Assembly (NCBI GenBank): GCA_002633005.1
Contig: NMRA01000987.1
Span: 8,291-72,290 of the forward strand
DNA length: 64,000 nt
Direction: 5' to 3'
DNA from: Phoronis australis
Lineage: Eukaryota; Animalia; Phoronida
Both the position numbers and the translations under genes were made by a program. The notes beneath the pieces are model-generated. The model searched no databases and was not told where the DNA came from. It saw nothing but the letters and a program-made list of their open reading frames with translations. This document shows, piece after piece, positions 10,291 through 23,175 of this stretch. Every line of letters begins with the position of its first letter. Position 1 is the first letter of the stretch.

Positions 10291-13279
10291 AAGTTGCGAA
10301 AAGTTTTGTTGAAATTCCCGGCGGCAAACTCTTGACTGAACCACGTACTGTGAATGCTGTATATATTAAGGAAAATCCAGGACCGTGTGAACTAGTATTT
10401 TACACTTTTACTGGGTTTGGTGATGATTCGACGCCCAGCACCACTGCTATTATAGGCCTAATTACAAGTACCGTACATTTATCTCTGACATGACAGCGCC
10501 TCACACTATGAGTGCCGTCAGAGTGAGCCCCCTGGGAACAAAGTTGTGTGACGAGGCCGCTTGGTAAATGAAACAATTTGCAAACGAAAATGAAAATAAC
10601 AAAAAACTGACAAAAAATCTCAATGTCGAGCTTTATCGGACAAGTACAAAACCTTCCGTAGCCAGTGACCTTTGTTTGGACCTATATCGCTTGCGTGAGT
10701 AACAATTAAACGTATTTTTAATTTGACCTATTTTTAACTGTGTTAACGTATTGTTAATCTGACCTATTTTTAACTGTGTCATAACACAAGTGGTGGACGT
10801 GAGCTGAGAAAGGATCCCGTCAACACTGGTCAAGGATAAGAACAACCGTGACGGGCTTAAACGTTTACTGACATCACAGCACAGTTCAGTGAGATAGACT
10901 GGGTAATGTGAACAACTTTTTTTCGATTTTTCCATCATAGCCTACCGTTTAAATTCAGTTATTAGTCAGACTATCTGCTGTTAACCGATGCCAAGGCGAT
11001 GGATATCGTTGGCCTGGGTATGTTTAGCGTGCTGTGCGGGGTAAACCCTGGACAAGGTCCAGCGACCTGGTTCAAATCGTTACATAGTCGGATGGCGAAG
11101 GAGTCTCTTGTTTCCAGTCATATGTATTTCGCTGTTGACAGGGTTGTCTGTTGTTGAAGTTATAAAAATGGCTCAATCTCATGGTTGTTGGATTTTAGGG
11201 TAGGACTAAAGTCCAACAATTAATAATTACCTCGTAATCAAAGGACCCTGGACAGGTGCTTTGACCTTGACCCAGTTTTGAAGCCCAGCTAAGACATAGT
11301 TCGACACCAAAACAACTGCTTTTCAACACAAAAGAATAGCACTGCATGAATGTGTTGCACAGGGCAGTTCTTTCAGCGCTGTCAGTGAGTAAGAAGGATG
11401 TCACTTTTTAAATGAACCACATACATAAGTCAAATTTGAGTGGAGGTGGCAATCTCAAGGCTCAGAGTTGCAGGACCCGGATTGGAAGTCTTCTGAATTT
11501 TGTTTTTATTCATGTGTTAATTTATTGAGTCTTTACATTTTGTTGCCTTGATAACTTGAATTGAGAAACGAACAACTTACAGCGCATGTAATTAAAAGAA
11601 CGATTTATACATAAAATTTAGAAAAGTATGTTGTGACACGAAAACCTTGAAGCACAATTGACTTTCAAAGAAAAAACGATTTCAAAACTGTTTCAACTAT
11701 TTTTAAGCTGAGTGTAAGGTCAACTGAGTGGGATATTCACACTACATTAATTAGAATATTCCTTATATTTTTGCACAAAATCATAAACATTGTGCAACGT
11801 TGCCTTTTTATATCAGCTTTCATAAAAATTTATCAAAGTTAAATCTTCACCAAGTTCAAAATAGCCGATTGAACATGCATTTCAGTTCAGCGTACATCGC
11901 CATGTTTTCGGTGCCGAAGGTTCAACGGGAATTGTGTGCAATTTTATCACTCAATAAGTAACATCTGCGTGGCTGATATCTAGTGAAAACTGTTGAATTG
12001 CTCAGAATAGTAGGTATAGATATTTTTCACTAAAATTTCATCGTACATTATTGGTGAAAATAATTTATACACGGTTTTAAACTCGTAATTTATGTTTTTG
12101 TCATCCAAGATGGCCGACTCGATCCAAAAAAATGACCTAAATTTTGCCACAAAAATTGCAATAACTTTGCACTGCTTAACCCGATTTTGATAATTTTTTA
12201 ATTTTTATTGAGTGGGATGCATTATCTTTCCAATTACATGGACTAGGCTAAAATTCAATGCATCAAGCTGTTCAGCACATCCACCTACAAACAATTATGT
12301 TACAAAAATCGTAATTCAAACGAAAAGCAATCTACTGGCTACTTCGAGCACTAATCGAATCTGACAGTGTCTGTCAATGCTATCCGCCATTTTGAATGTT
12401 TCGTCCAATACTAGCCAAAGGCCTACTAGCTTCCGCAAAGCGAGGGCATGTACCGTTTCGAATACTCTCTAAAAATTCACTTATCCTGTTTTACAACTAT
12501 ACTCGGATCGCATGCTGTCATCCTCAAAGCAGTCCATAGAAATATGTTCGCTACATACTACCCAATATGGTGACGCTCCACTCGTGGACTTCACAAAGTT
12601 TTCCCACTTGTGACACAATCTTGGATCAGTGGGAGAAACTCCTACAAAGATTCCCCAGCCCGTGGCGTATTGTTACAGCCTCCAACCACACAACGGTCCG
12701 ACATTCTTCACATATGTACTCCTGCAGTTTAATCTAAAAATCCAACTAAATTCAAAAAAAAGTACCCCCTCTTGGCACACAGCAGTAGACACTATAGACA
12801 GACTCGGCAATGATTGGGTCACCTCCTTGGTGTGATGTATTTTCCAAAGATAGCCGAAGTTGAAAATTCTGTGTTCTCAAAATTTTGTGGGGAAGTGGAA
12901 GGCATTTTTTTAAACAAATTATAGACGAATATGCGAGATGAAATAAAAACAATCGTGGTTCACAAGCAAACTTTTTAAAAAATCAACATGTGTACCATAT
13001 ACGCTGCCATGCTAATGACTACAGTGGCAGATCTAAGATATCACAAGGGGGGGCCCAACATTTTGTCCGGCTGTAAGCACTTGCGCAAACCACGACTGTA
13101 GATGCGTATAGCACCGAATGGGGGAGGTCGGGACGGGGTTAACCCCCTCCCGCCCAGGAAAATTTTCTGTTTTTTCCTCTAAAAATCAAGCATTTTCCTT
13201 GATTCCTGAAGTATTATCCAAGAAAAAAAAAACAAAAAAAATCACGGAGAACGTATCAAACGGGGAAAAACTGCAAGAA

Positions 13280-13340
13280 CCACAGACTCGAACCCACGAC
13301 CTGGGGCTTAGAGCGCACGTGCTTTACCACTACACCACAA
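13280..13340 (-). pseudogene. tRNA-derived sequence (SINE head or tRNA pseudogene)
   Basis: The minus strand reads GTGGTGTAGTGGTAAAGCACGTGCGCTCTAAGCCCCAGGTCGTGGGTTCGAGTC, with Pol III A and B boxes at tRNA spacing. The anticodon and acceptor stems are degenerate. Confidence 0.55.
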
Positions 13341-14444
13341 TTTAACTACTAATCGTGTACTAAGAGACCTACTTGTTTATGGTCCACAGCATTTGCGCGC
13401 GAAACCAACTTCTTTTTGTTATGCTTATTACACGTTTTATATTTTGTGCAATATAATATTTCTTTGTTGTGGAGGCGACCAGGCAAGGGGGAGGATGGGT
13501 GTTCCAACTACTTGGTTGATAAGCTTTAAATTTTCTTTTGGTAGTGCGAGTGAGTGCAGTAAATTTTATGAGTGAGTATTTTAGCCACTGTATCACAGAA
13601 TGTGGGGGCATCTTACACCCAGTGTGGCAGTGAGCAATTCATTAAATGCTGCTTCCAGGAGTCCTGTTGCCCCCCCCCCACATGTAGTCTCCCTGTAAGT
13701 AGTTTGTCCAAAGAGAGCATTATGTTCGCAAGGCAGAAATAACAAACATGAAGGTCGCTCTTCGATTGCGTCTCACGATAAAAGTGCAAGTGTGAACTGA
13801 GCGTGTAGCTGATTATTACTGCTTCTTTGACTACAGTTTATGTTCACATGGGTACTTGTGCTAGATTATTTGATTGTGTGCAGTCTTAACTCCAACCTAA
13901 TTTAACTTCTCAATAATCATTCATTTTGGGGGTCTCAATTATCTGGAAGTTGAAACATTTAGAAAACTTCTTTTGGCTCTTCTATTTCCGAGGTACACAA
14001 ATATGACGTCACAATGACATCACTGTTGTCAACAATATCATTAGCGTGTGGTGGTTGCAGTAAAATTACATAGTTTCATGTATTGTTAATAAAATTTCAA
14101 TAAGTAAGTTTAATTTTTGTCAGTATGACAATTTTAAACAAGACTTTGAAAAGACGCATGTATAGTTTAATCAAAGGTTTGAATTCAAGATAATTTAGAC
14201 GCTCACAGTTCTCTAAATTACTGAATTACTGACTTCTTCGATCTATGGGATAAGTAGTCATACCAGTTGGGTCACTGTTTGTCCTCATGTTCGGTCAACC
14301 TAGGACATTTGTTCCTGGGAAAACTCTCTGTGTGGATGCAGCATCTACATTTGCTCTGTTTACTCACCAGTCATTTGGGTATTGTTTACTTAATATAAAA
14401 ACATGAACTTGTTTTTTATTCCAGAATAAAGAATTCTTGCAAAA

Positions 14445-17400
14445 ATGGCAGGTACTTCAGACGACAGATTTGAGTTTGCAAGTAAAGGCTATGGAAAGAA
14501 CAATGTTAAGCTGCTTCACATTCGACGAGATGGTCCAATACATCATATCCAAGAGGTTGAAGGTATTTTCAACGTTTAGATCGAAGGGTATAATACGATT
14601 ATCCTTTTCTTAAGGTACCAACTTATCTTCTGGTTTACGCTTCTTTAAGCGTGTTGCTAAGTGACGAGTGTGAGCTTTCAGCCATTTATTGTAATCTTAT
14701 TTCAAGGAGAACAGTTGAACTATAGTAGTAAGAAATCTTTAAAATGCCAGCAGATCAACTGATAAGGGTCCTCTGACAAGTCAACTTGGAGAGCCCTGGT
14801 TTCAATTAACTGCAAACTGTGAACTCTCTTGAAACCCTGAAATCATCACCGATTTGACTTAGGAGACAATTTGCATAACGATACAGCAGTGGTTTAAACC
14901 TAGTTTGTGTTTTAATGAGGTTTACGTCATAGCCTTAAAACATACTCTAAAATTATTGATCAGGGTACATGGCATTGACTAGTATAATGCTACGGTTATA
15001 ATTAATAATATTGTTATTATTTTTCAGTCAGTACTCAGCTTGAGCTGAACTCTACCTATGATTACATTGAAGGAGATAATCGAGACATTGTTGCGACTGA
15101 CACACAGAAGAATACAGTCTATATCTTGGCTAAGAAGCATGGGGTGAGTGTGTCTGCAGTACACATTTCATCAATACACATGAATTATTGTTGTACTTTA
15201 AAAGGACACTGAACCCTGTTATGATTATTTCCACCTGTCCTCGTTCTGTCACCTGCTAATTCATCATTGGCGTCAATCTTCCGAGTTGAAGGTAGGAATC
15301 AATTAAAAAACCATACTCCCTATGTCACAGGTAGGACATTGTGGTCCTTGATGGGTGGTCTTTTCCTCGCAATTGTGGGTCTCGATAGCTCATTAAGCAG
15401 ACTTTGAAAGGCGTTTTCAAATTTTCCTCCAAACTTTTTATAGTTTTTATGGATGACGAAGCATTCTTTTGTTTCTGAGAAGTTGATGGGAAAGTCGTTT
15501 TTAGTGTCTGTCGATAGGCCAAAACCGGGGTTGGTATCTTTTTAAGAAATCCCAGTCTCACCTGTACACAATATCATTCTTAGTCAGGAGCCCACTGACA
15601 ATCTCATCACTTCACAAATACTCTAAGAGATCCCGTTCTTGTCAACGCAACATACCATTCTTGTTTTAAGAAGTCACAATCTCACCAATACACAAATGAA
15701 TATCATTCTTGTTTTTAAGAAGCCACTTTGCCATCTCAGTACTCAGTATTTTTGATTTAAGATGCCATGATCTCATCAACAGATCACCGAATATCATTCT
15801 TGTTCAAGCCAGAATCTCATCAATACATTCAAGTTATTGGTCTCCTCGTTATATAGAGAAGCTTTGCCCGCAAATTATGAGTATTCTTGAGTAAGCAACA
15901 GTTTATAAATTCGCATTAGCCAAAATATGGCAGATAACTATTTGTTCTGGTCTTCGCCCAACTTATTTTGAAACCTGCCACTCAAACCTGGCATCAAGTG
16001 GCGTGGAAAAAAGAATTCTGGGCCATTTCAACTCCAACCACTAGATGGGGCTACGGCTGATGTCTGCTTGCCACCAGACCCCACTAAGAGAAATCATTTA
16101 TTGAGTCAACATACAGGATGAAGTAGTCCCTCGTGTGTATTTGCAATTGTCAGATTTTAAATCCACAAAATAGTAAATTATGTGAGGACTTTATATGAGT
16201 TACCTTGACTATTACATTCATTTGAAAACTGCTGTATACATGGTTAAAAAAGACACAAAAATCATTCTGATTTGGAATGTGGTTATGCTCGAGGGATGCC
16301 TGCTTTTCCACAAGTGAAACTTTGGCACATATGTCTTCATACAAACAAAGCAAAAACATTTTTTTTTTTGAAAAAAATGCATCATTTTTGATATTTATGT
16401 AACTTACCTAAATTCACGGTTCACTGATGCTTTCAGGTTAAGACAATTGAGAGGTTTGCGCTTCAGCTAGCAGAGCACTTTCTGATGCGGTATAGCCATG
16501 TGATCAGGGTCAAGATCACTGTACAGCTGTATCCATGGCGGCGGATTACCCAGGAAGAGGTGGGAGGCTTACGCAAAAATGCCAGTGTTCTTGCTTTGAA
16601 TATCGGGCTTTAGACTGTTGAAGCGAGCTCTAACGTTAATCTGCACTTATCTCCCGAGATCTTCGAAGACATTGAGAAAACATTTTATGTTTCGGCTGAC
16701 TGTATATTGTTATTTTGTATTTTTTGTTTTCTTAGGCAGTATAAGTCTGCTCGAAAATTTACTCAGACTGAGTAGATTATCATGTTTTGGAGACCACTAA
16801 AATCTTAAGTATTTCAAAGTGGGACCATCATTAATTCTTGAGTAAAATCTCTACAGCAAGTTTGGGAAAATTACTTGAAAATTCCAAAACCTTGCATTCT
16901 TGAAAGGTATCATGCTATTGTTTTGAAGCCTTAAATTCACAATTCGATACCTCATTATACTCTGCGTGTATGTTAATTACAATATTGCAATAAGTATGAA
17001 TACAGAAAATTTATTTACAAGGTACATGTATATACCTTGCACCTCTTTATTAAAAAATTAGCAGACGACAATTCTTTTCACACCTCCTCTACTGGAAACT
17101 TCAAATTTGTTTACTGGGTTGTGGATGCACTTACTGTTGAGCAACTCGAGAACAGTTCTCAAGTCGTGAGTTCATATTGACTGTACTTATCAATAAAAGT
17201 GGTAGGTGCCATTTTCCCAGTATTACTCGAGTGAGTACAGTGTGGAATAGTCTTGATTGTTCTGAGTAAAGTTTTGTGGTTAAGACCCTCATCAGGTCAA
17301 AAATAGAAATAGTCTCAACTGTTAATCAGGGCTTTGTTTTGTGTTTTTATGCGCCCACATATTGATATGTGGGCATTATGCCGTCATCCCTGTCTGTCTG

Positions 17401-20400
17401 GCATCTGTCCGGCATCCACTGCTGTATCTCCAAATCCTTGGATGTAATGTTCCTGAAATTTTGTTGATATTTTGGCTGTTCCTTTCGTGAATGGAACGAC
17501 ATAAGCAAATTTTCACATGGATCTGACTACCAGTGTGCCCCGTAGTGGTGTTTTTTACGTTTACCTCAGTCTGTATCTTGGAGTTCCTTTACGGATTTTC
17601 ATAAAAGTTGGCAAAAAGCTATTAGTGAGATGACACCACATCCCAACCAACCAAAGATGATTATGAAAGTTGGCATGTATGTTACTACTGTGGAAAAGAC
17701 GACTGACGATGTTTTTCAGACTACTCTGTTACTGTGGTGCCTCCTAGTGGTAGCGTCTTTTGTGTCCATAGCTGTATCTCCTAAACTTTCTACAGGATCT
17801 TTGGCATTAGTGTATTAGTAGGAAGGTGACAACGGAGGACAGCTTTCAGATGAATCCAACTACCACTGCTCCCTGGTGGCAATTTTTCCGTGTTCCTCTG
17901 TATCTTTGAAGTTCCGTAATGTATGAAATTTGGCAAATAGGTTTCTATTAAAAGAGGTAATGACACTTTTCGTTTTCAGATGGATTTGACATAGTGTGCA
18001 TCTCCTAGTGGCTATTTTTATTAATATTTTCAAGTCTGTTTTTTTTTGGCATCCATATCCCTATCGGCCAAATTACTCTTAAGAATTCTTGTGAAAATTG
18101 GTAGATGTGTTCTTACTGGGTAAAGCATGACCTGATTTTTGGACAATTTTGACTTCTGTCAAAGAAGTTCTGTGGTGCCCATTAGCGTCTGTTCTGCTGT
18201 TTTCGCATCCATAGCTGTTAACCCTTAAGCCCCTGCCGAATCTTAGTGAAATTTGACAACCAATGACAATATTACTTTTGGACGTATTTGACTAGCACCC
18301 ATTTTATTTTTTTGCGATCTTGGCATGTTTTTTCCCTCTGTGGAAAGCATTGCGGACTTGCTATGCACCCTCTAGAGGCTATTTTAATTTACTAGCATTG
18401 CTCCCTTTAGTGGCAATATTTGATAGTAATCATCCCTTGTATCTGTGATGCGATGCACACGGTGGCCACATATCAACACTTCGCAATGTTCTTGTCGACT
18501 GTAATGCTTCTTTATTTTTCTAGGATGACAGAGAACACAATCATGCCTTTATATTTTCCCCAGAAGCCACGCGTTACTGTGAGGTTGAGCAGCTGAGGCA
18601 TGGTAATGTTGTGAATTTGTCTTGTACTCTTGTGTTTTATACTGTTGTGCTGTGCAGTGTGGAGTAGCTAAGATATGGTTAAGGTCACCACTTCTTAGAG
18701 AGTACAGAACCATACTAGATCATAGAGGGCACTTGTGTGCAAACAAGCAAAAGAGTTCACCACTTCTCAGAGAGTGCAGAACCATACTAGATCATAGAGG
18801 GCGCTTGTGTGCTGTTTTTGGGATTACCTCCTTACATTTGGGGCTTTAGGTGGACTTTCTTAAAGATCTTTTTTGTGAAATTTAGAGCATGTTTCCTGCA
18901 TTTTTGAAAATTCTTTTCTTTAAATGTTTTCAAGAATGTGAGTGAAATCTGCATAGTGAAAATGTGATTCGTTTTAATCCTCATTTTACCAATTATCTTG
19001 ACACTGTTAAGTACGAAGAATTTTTCTTCAATTCCTATTATCAAATCCACAATAAAAAGGTTCTGTTTTTTATCAGTTAAGACAGGCCCTGCAGAGTTTC
19101 ATTCACACTTAGTCTTTCTACACAAGGATCACAAAATAAATGATTCTGAACCTTTGATCTCTTCTACCTGACAAAATGGATACATTGGGCAAGCAGTGGG
19201 GCTAGTGGGTTTTAAGGGAAGGGGGGTTTCAGTTACTACACCACTAGAAACTTAGATTTTATTAAAAATGATTTTTTTCAAAAATACTTGGTCAGTTGTA
19301 TATAAAAGGAATTACTCAATGTTCAGAGCCACTTAATTGTAACAACAAAAGTCTTTTATGCATTCGATTTTTTTGTCTACAATTTCTTGTGCTGTCCTTA
19401 TCTTTTAGACAATAAGACTGAATAGTGCTTCATTCCTTGGATTATTCCACCAGGGGTTGTTTGACAACTTTTGTTACAGTGTTGTAGTTCAAGTAATCCC
19501 CCCTTCACTTGAAATGAACTAGTCTGTATTCTGTGCTGTCAAGAAACATTGAATGGTGATGTGCTTCTACAGTAGCTGGCATGGATGAATTTGAAAGGAA
19601 CTCCGGCTATTAAATCTTGGTTACTGCAGACACCAAAAAGCAGTTTCCACAACAAACAACAATTGCCTAAACCAAATACAAGAGGACTGAAGAATGCATG
19701 GAGGGTTTAAGTTGGGAGCAAAATCAACAGCTAAAATTAAAAGAGGGTGCATTGCCTTCTTTTGACAGTCCGTGGAGAACCCTGCTATGGGTGGCGCTGA
19801 ATATCGTGTTGCAGCACAACTCATTTCATTACTCTATATTGGAAATTGTCCTCTGATGTTGCAGGTAAACCTCAGGTTATGTCTGGCCTCAGTGGACTAC
19901 GTGTACTGAAGACAACGCAGTCTGCCTTTGTGGGTTTCCACCGAGACGAGTACACCACTCTTCCCGATGCCCACGATCGCTGCTTCTCGACGGTGGTCGA
20001 CGCAAAATGGTGGTACGACAGATTTGATGACAGCACGATGTTCTGCCGCAACTGGTATGTTTTTCTCGGACGTCGTGAGTGCTTAAAGCACCATACAGCA
20101 CCAGTTTGGAGGTTAAATTCAAATTGAAATTGAACCACTTTGTGCTGAATTTTGCGTTTGTAGAAACAATTATTTATGTTGATTGAACTCCATTTTGTCC
20201 AAAATATAAATGTCTAAAAATTTGAGTGCTAAACTGCTAACTTGCCTTAATGAAACGCATTGCAAAAGGGCTCCACCCTGTCAAAGTTGATGTGTTGTTT
20301 TCACATAGTTCTGCTGAAAAACACTCTCAGTCCTGAGTAAGGCTGTTTTATTCTAGTACTATGGCTCACAGAGTTAAATAGCAGATTTGACTGAAGTAGT

Positions 20401-23175
20401 TGTGTGCAACGAAGTCAACTAAGAACAGGAGGGACCAGCTGGCTATAGGTCAGTAGGAATGAGGTCAACGAAGAACAAAAGGGGCAGCAGGCAATAGGAG
20501 TAATGAGGTCAACTGTAATCAAAAGGGGGCAGCAGGCTATAGGAGTAATTGGGTCAACCGTAGGGGGAAACCTAAACAATTTGAGCTATCCAGGTGATTG
20601 TTTCAATAACTTAAGAAACACTTTTCCTGGAAGTTTCCTGAAAGGCCACAGTCAAGTGTCACTGTTTCAAATTAGTTGATATGTGAATCTTGTATCATAG
20701 TAAACTTAGATTTTTTGGCCTGTTTATGAAATTATTCAGAATTGGATGAACATATGGTAGTGTCATTTCGTCTGCTAACAATGGCAATGGACTCTCTCAA
20801 AGTCACAGTACATGATTCCGTTAATCGTCCAAAGAGCAGAGCACCAAAAGCCGCAACATCTTTGGTCAAAAGGTGGGACAAGATCAGTCTCAAAATATTT
20901 TGTTTTATTACCTTTATTAACTTTTGATATAGACCACTTATGACTACAGAATTGGTCTCAACTTGTACGTTTCTCAGATGAAAAGGGATTTCTTGGTTTG
21001 CAAGCAACTTACTATTCGTTTTTCCTAGAAATCATACTTGATGCATAATATGGCAAGCTAACTTGTATGGCCTGATCTTAAGCATTGACAAACTGTCGGT
21101 TGTTTTGAAGCCCTGGAAGGAACAATTTGAGACCGATTTCACAACCGTTTATGGTGAGTGATTTAATCAAAACTCGGTTCGTGTCATGGAAAGCTGGTTT
21201 AAGACCGTACTTTTTAAAGCCAGTAACAGTTTAATAAAACTGATCAAAATTCAAGTACAGTCAGTTTGCAGTATATTTGGTGTGGGATTGTTTCTGTGAC
21301 AAATATTGTGTCGTAACATGTGCTATAAATCTTCACCCAGGGCGAAAGTCAAGAAGTCCATACTTCATTTGTTTGCTGGTCCCCCAGAAGAGGGACTGTT
21401 TTCAGCCAGTGTGCAGCAAACTCTTCACCTTGCTCAGAAGCGTGTACTAACAGAAATACCTGAGGTAAGATCATGGTTTTCAAAACACACTGGAAAGCCA
21501 CTATGATATGTATGCTAGGCGAGATATTGGAAGACTCGATATTCTCCTAGTATGGAAAAAGGGTCTTCTGACTCTGAGTAGATGCAGCAGCATCAAAGCA
21601 GTCATATCCACCCATTCAGGGTCTGCATGTCCAAAAATTTTGGAAACACGTTCTTATCAAGGATAGGGTGCCATTAGTGAATCTTTTGACTAAACCGACT
21701 ACCACAGTGCTCATCGAGTTCCTGGACAGATTTGCAAACAAGTTTCTGCAGTCATATGGCAGCAGCGACATAACAGCATTATTAACTGTGTCCATCAAAA
21801 GATGCTTTTGTGCTGCCAATGCTAAAGAGCTATATGCAGAACATTTCCTGTTATGTTCTCCTATTTTCTTCGGCCTTATCATTGTGAAAAATCATTGCCT
21901 GCACCACTGTGAGTTCTATTGCTGACACTAGGGAATTTGACGAGCTGGAAAAGTATCCGAATATCACTCGCTCTTTCCAGATTTCCAAAATCTACATCGA
22001 GATGCCAAACCGCCATTATTTTGAAGTGGACCTTGCTCGGTTCAAAGAGCTGGGCTTCTCTGGCAAAAACAACGAAGTAAGTACAACTGACTGGATAGAG
22101 GTCGATTCTCATTCTAATCGTGCCAGGGACTCGTGTCCAGACACATGTCTAGGAAAGCCATATTCAGTCTCGTATGTGGTAAAAAGCAAAACATTTGGAT
22201 GGCACTTTAAAGCAACTGATTGTGATTGATCATCGCCTATTTTTATATGAATTCACAATTCTTGTGTATAAACTCACCAGAACAGTGGGGTATGAGAACA
22301 GATATAAATCGTTCATAAGAATTCATAACGGTTGATAGAAATTTTTAATGAAAGTTGTGCCATCAATCATGATAATTTGTAATCAACTTCTCATCAGTGA
22401 GTAATGATTAATTTAAGAACTGGAAGTCTTTCATGAGTGATTCTATGAATGATGATCAGGCTGATCAACGTGATGTTAATTCATATCAGCCTGCTGTTAA
22501 TTCATATCAGTCTGATGTTAATTCATATCAACTTGATGTTAATTCATATCAACCTGTTGTTAATTCATATGAACCTGATACAGTACATATCAGCCAAAAT
22601 GGGCATGTCTTGAATGTGTCTTAAACTGAGAACATGATAGACTGTATCGTATAGTAGGTTTCTCAAGTCTTATTCTAGAGTTTTGTGCAGTACACTCCGA
22701 CTCAAAAGGTGGTAGCACTTGTACTCTTTGATGCTCAGTCTGTTTAGTTAACACTTGGAGATATGGACGAGACGAGACTAGACTGTTAAAAGCTATGACA
22801 CATGATAGAGTATCACCAATTTTGGATAAAACTAATCGTCAAAATTGCACGTCTCTTTAAGGGCTTTTAACATTGTTGTGAAAGCCCACTATTTTGTATT
22901 GTTTGTTGTTAGCTACATGTTGCAGTACCCAAATATTCCAAAGTATTCTTTAGTTCTTATGAAAAAATGAGAAAACAAAATTTCACCTCTCTGCCATATT
23001 ATGTGGCAGTCCCAGATTGGTATGATACTGTCGTAGTATTAAGACAGTGTTCTCCGGTTGGTGCCAGAACAGCATCATGCTAGACTGCATTTTATTTCAG
23101 GTCTTTTTGCCTGTGGACAAACCATCTGGAAACATTACGGCAACCCTGCAAAGGTCTCGTATCTCAAAACTGTAA
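14445..23175 (+). CDS. UOX: Urate oxidase (uricase), 306 aa; exons 14445-14562, 15028-15143, 16437-16559, 18524-18602, 19865-20054, 21341-21464, 21981-22076, 23101-23175
   Basis: All introns are GT-AG with consistent phases. Motifs YGKNNVK, GDNRDIVATDTQKNTVY, HNHAF, LRVLKTTQSAF, DRCFST, SASVQQT and MPNRHYF are present. C-terminal PTS1 SKL*. Confidence 0.95.
17344..18497 (+). mobile_element. Non-autonomous Helentron/DINE-1-like (HINE) element in UOX intron 3
   Basis: Starts TTTTTATGCGCCCAC with the hairpin GCCCACATAT-TG-ATATGTGGGC, then a (TGTC)n-like tract and degenerate internal repeats carrying CC(C/T)AGTGG. A related copy is at ~35.8-38.2 kb. Confidence 0.55.
18685..18812. repeat. Two-copy direct repeat, 72-bp period
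   Basis: TCACCACTTCT(T/C)AGAGAGT(A/G)CAGAACCATACTAGATCATAGAGGGC(A/G)CTTGTGTGC occurs twice. Confidence 0.85.
22471..22575. repeat. 21-bp minisatellite x5 (UOX intron 7)
   Basis: Consensus TGATGTTAATTCATATCARCC, five tandem copies. Confidence 0.9.

Noticed and set aside
11005-11080. Possible tRNA/SINE head (GGTTCAAATC)
   Set aside because: Only a B-box-like decamer is present, with no convincing A box or cloverleaf.
17271-17298. Minus-strand CTGATGA-GGGT-CTTA-ACCAC-AAAAC resembling a Penelope-type hammerhead ribozyme core
   Set aside because: The GAAA core and stem II closure are mutated, and no supporting stems I or III were found. At best it is a dead relic.
22433-22624. ORF with repeated DVNSYQ peptides
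   Set aside because: It is the translation of a 21-bp intronic minisatellite, and the UOX exon chain is complete without it.
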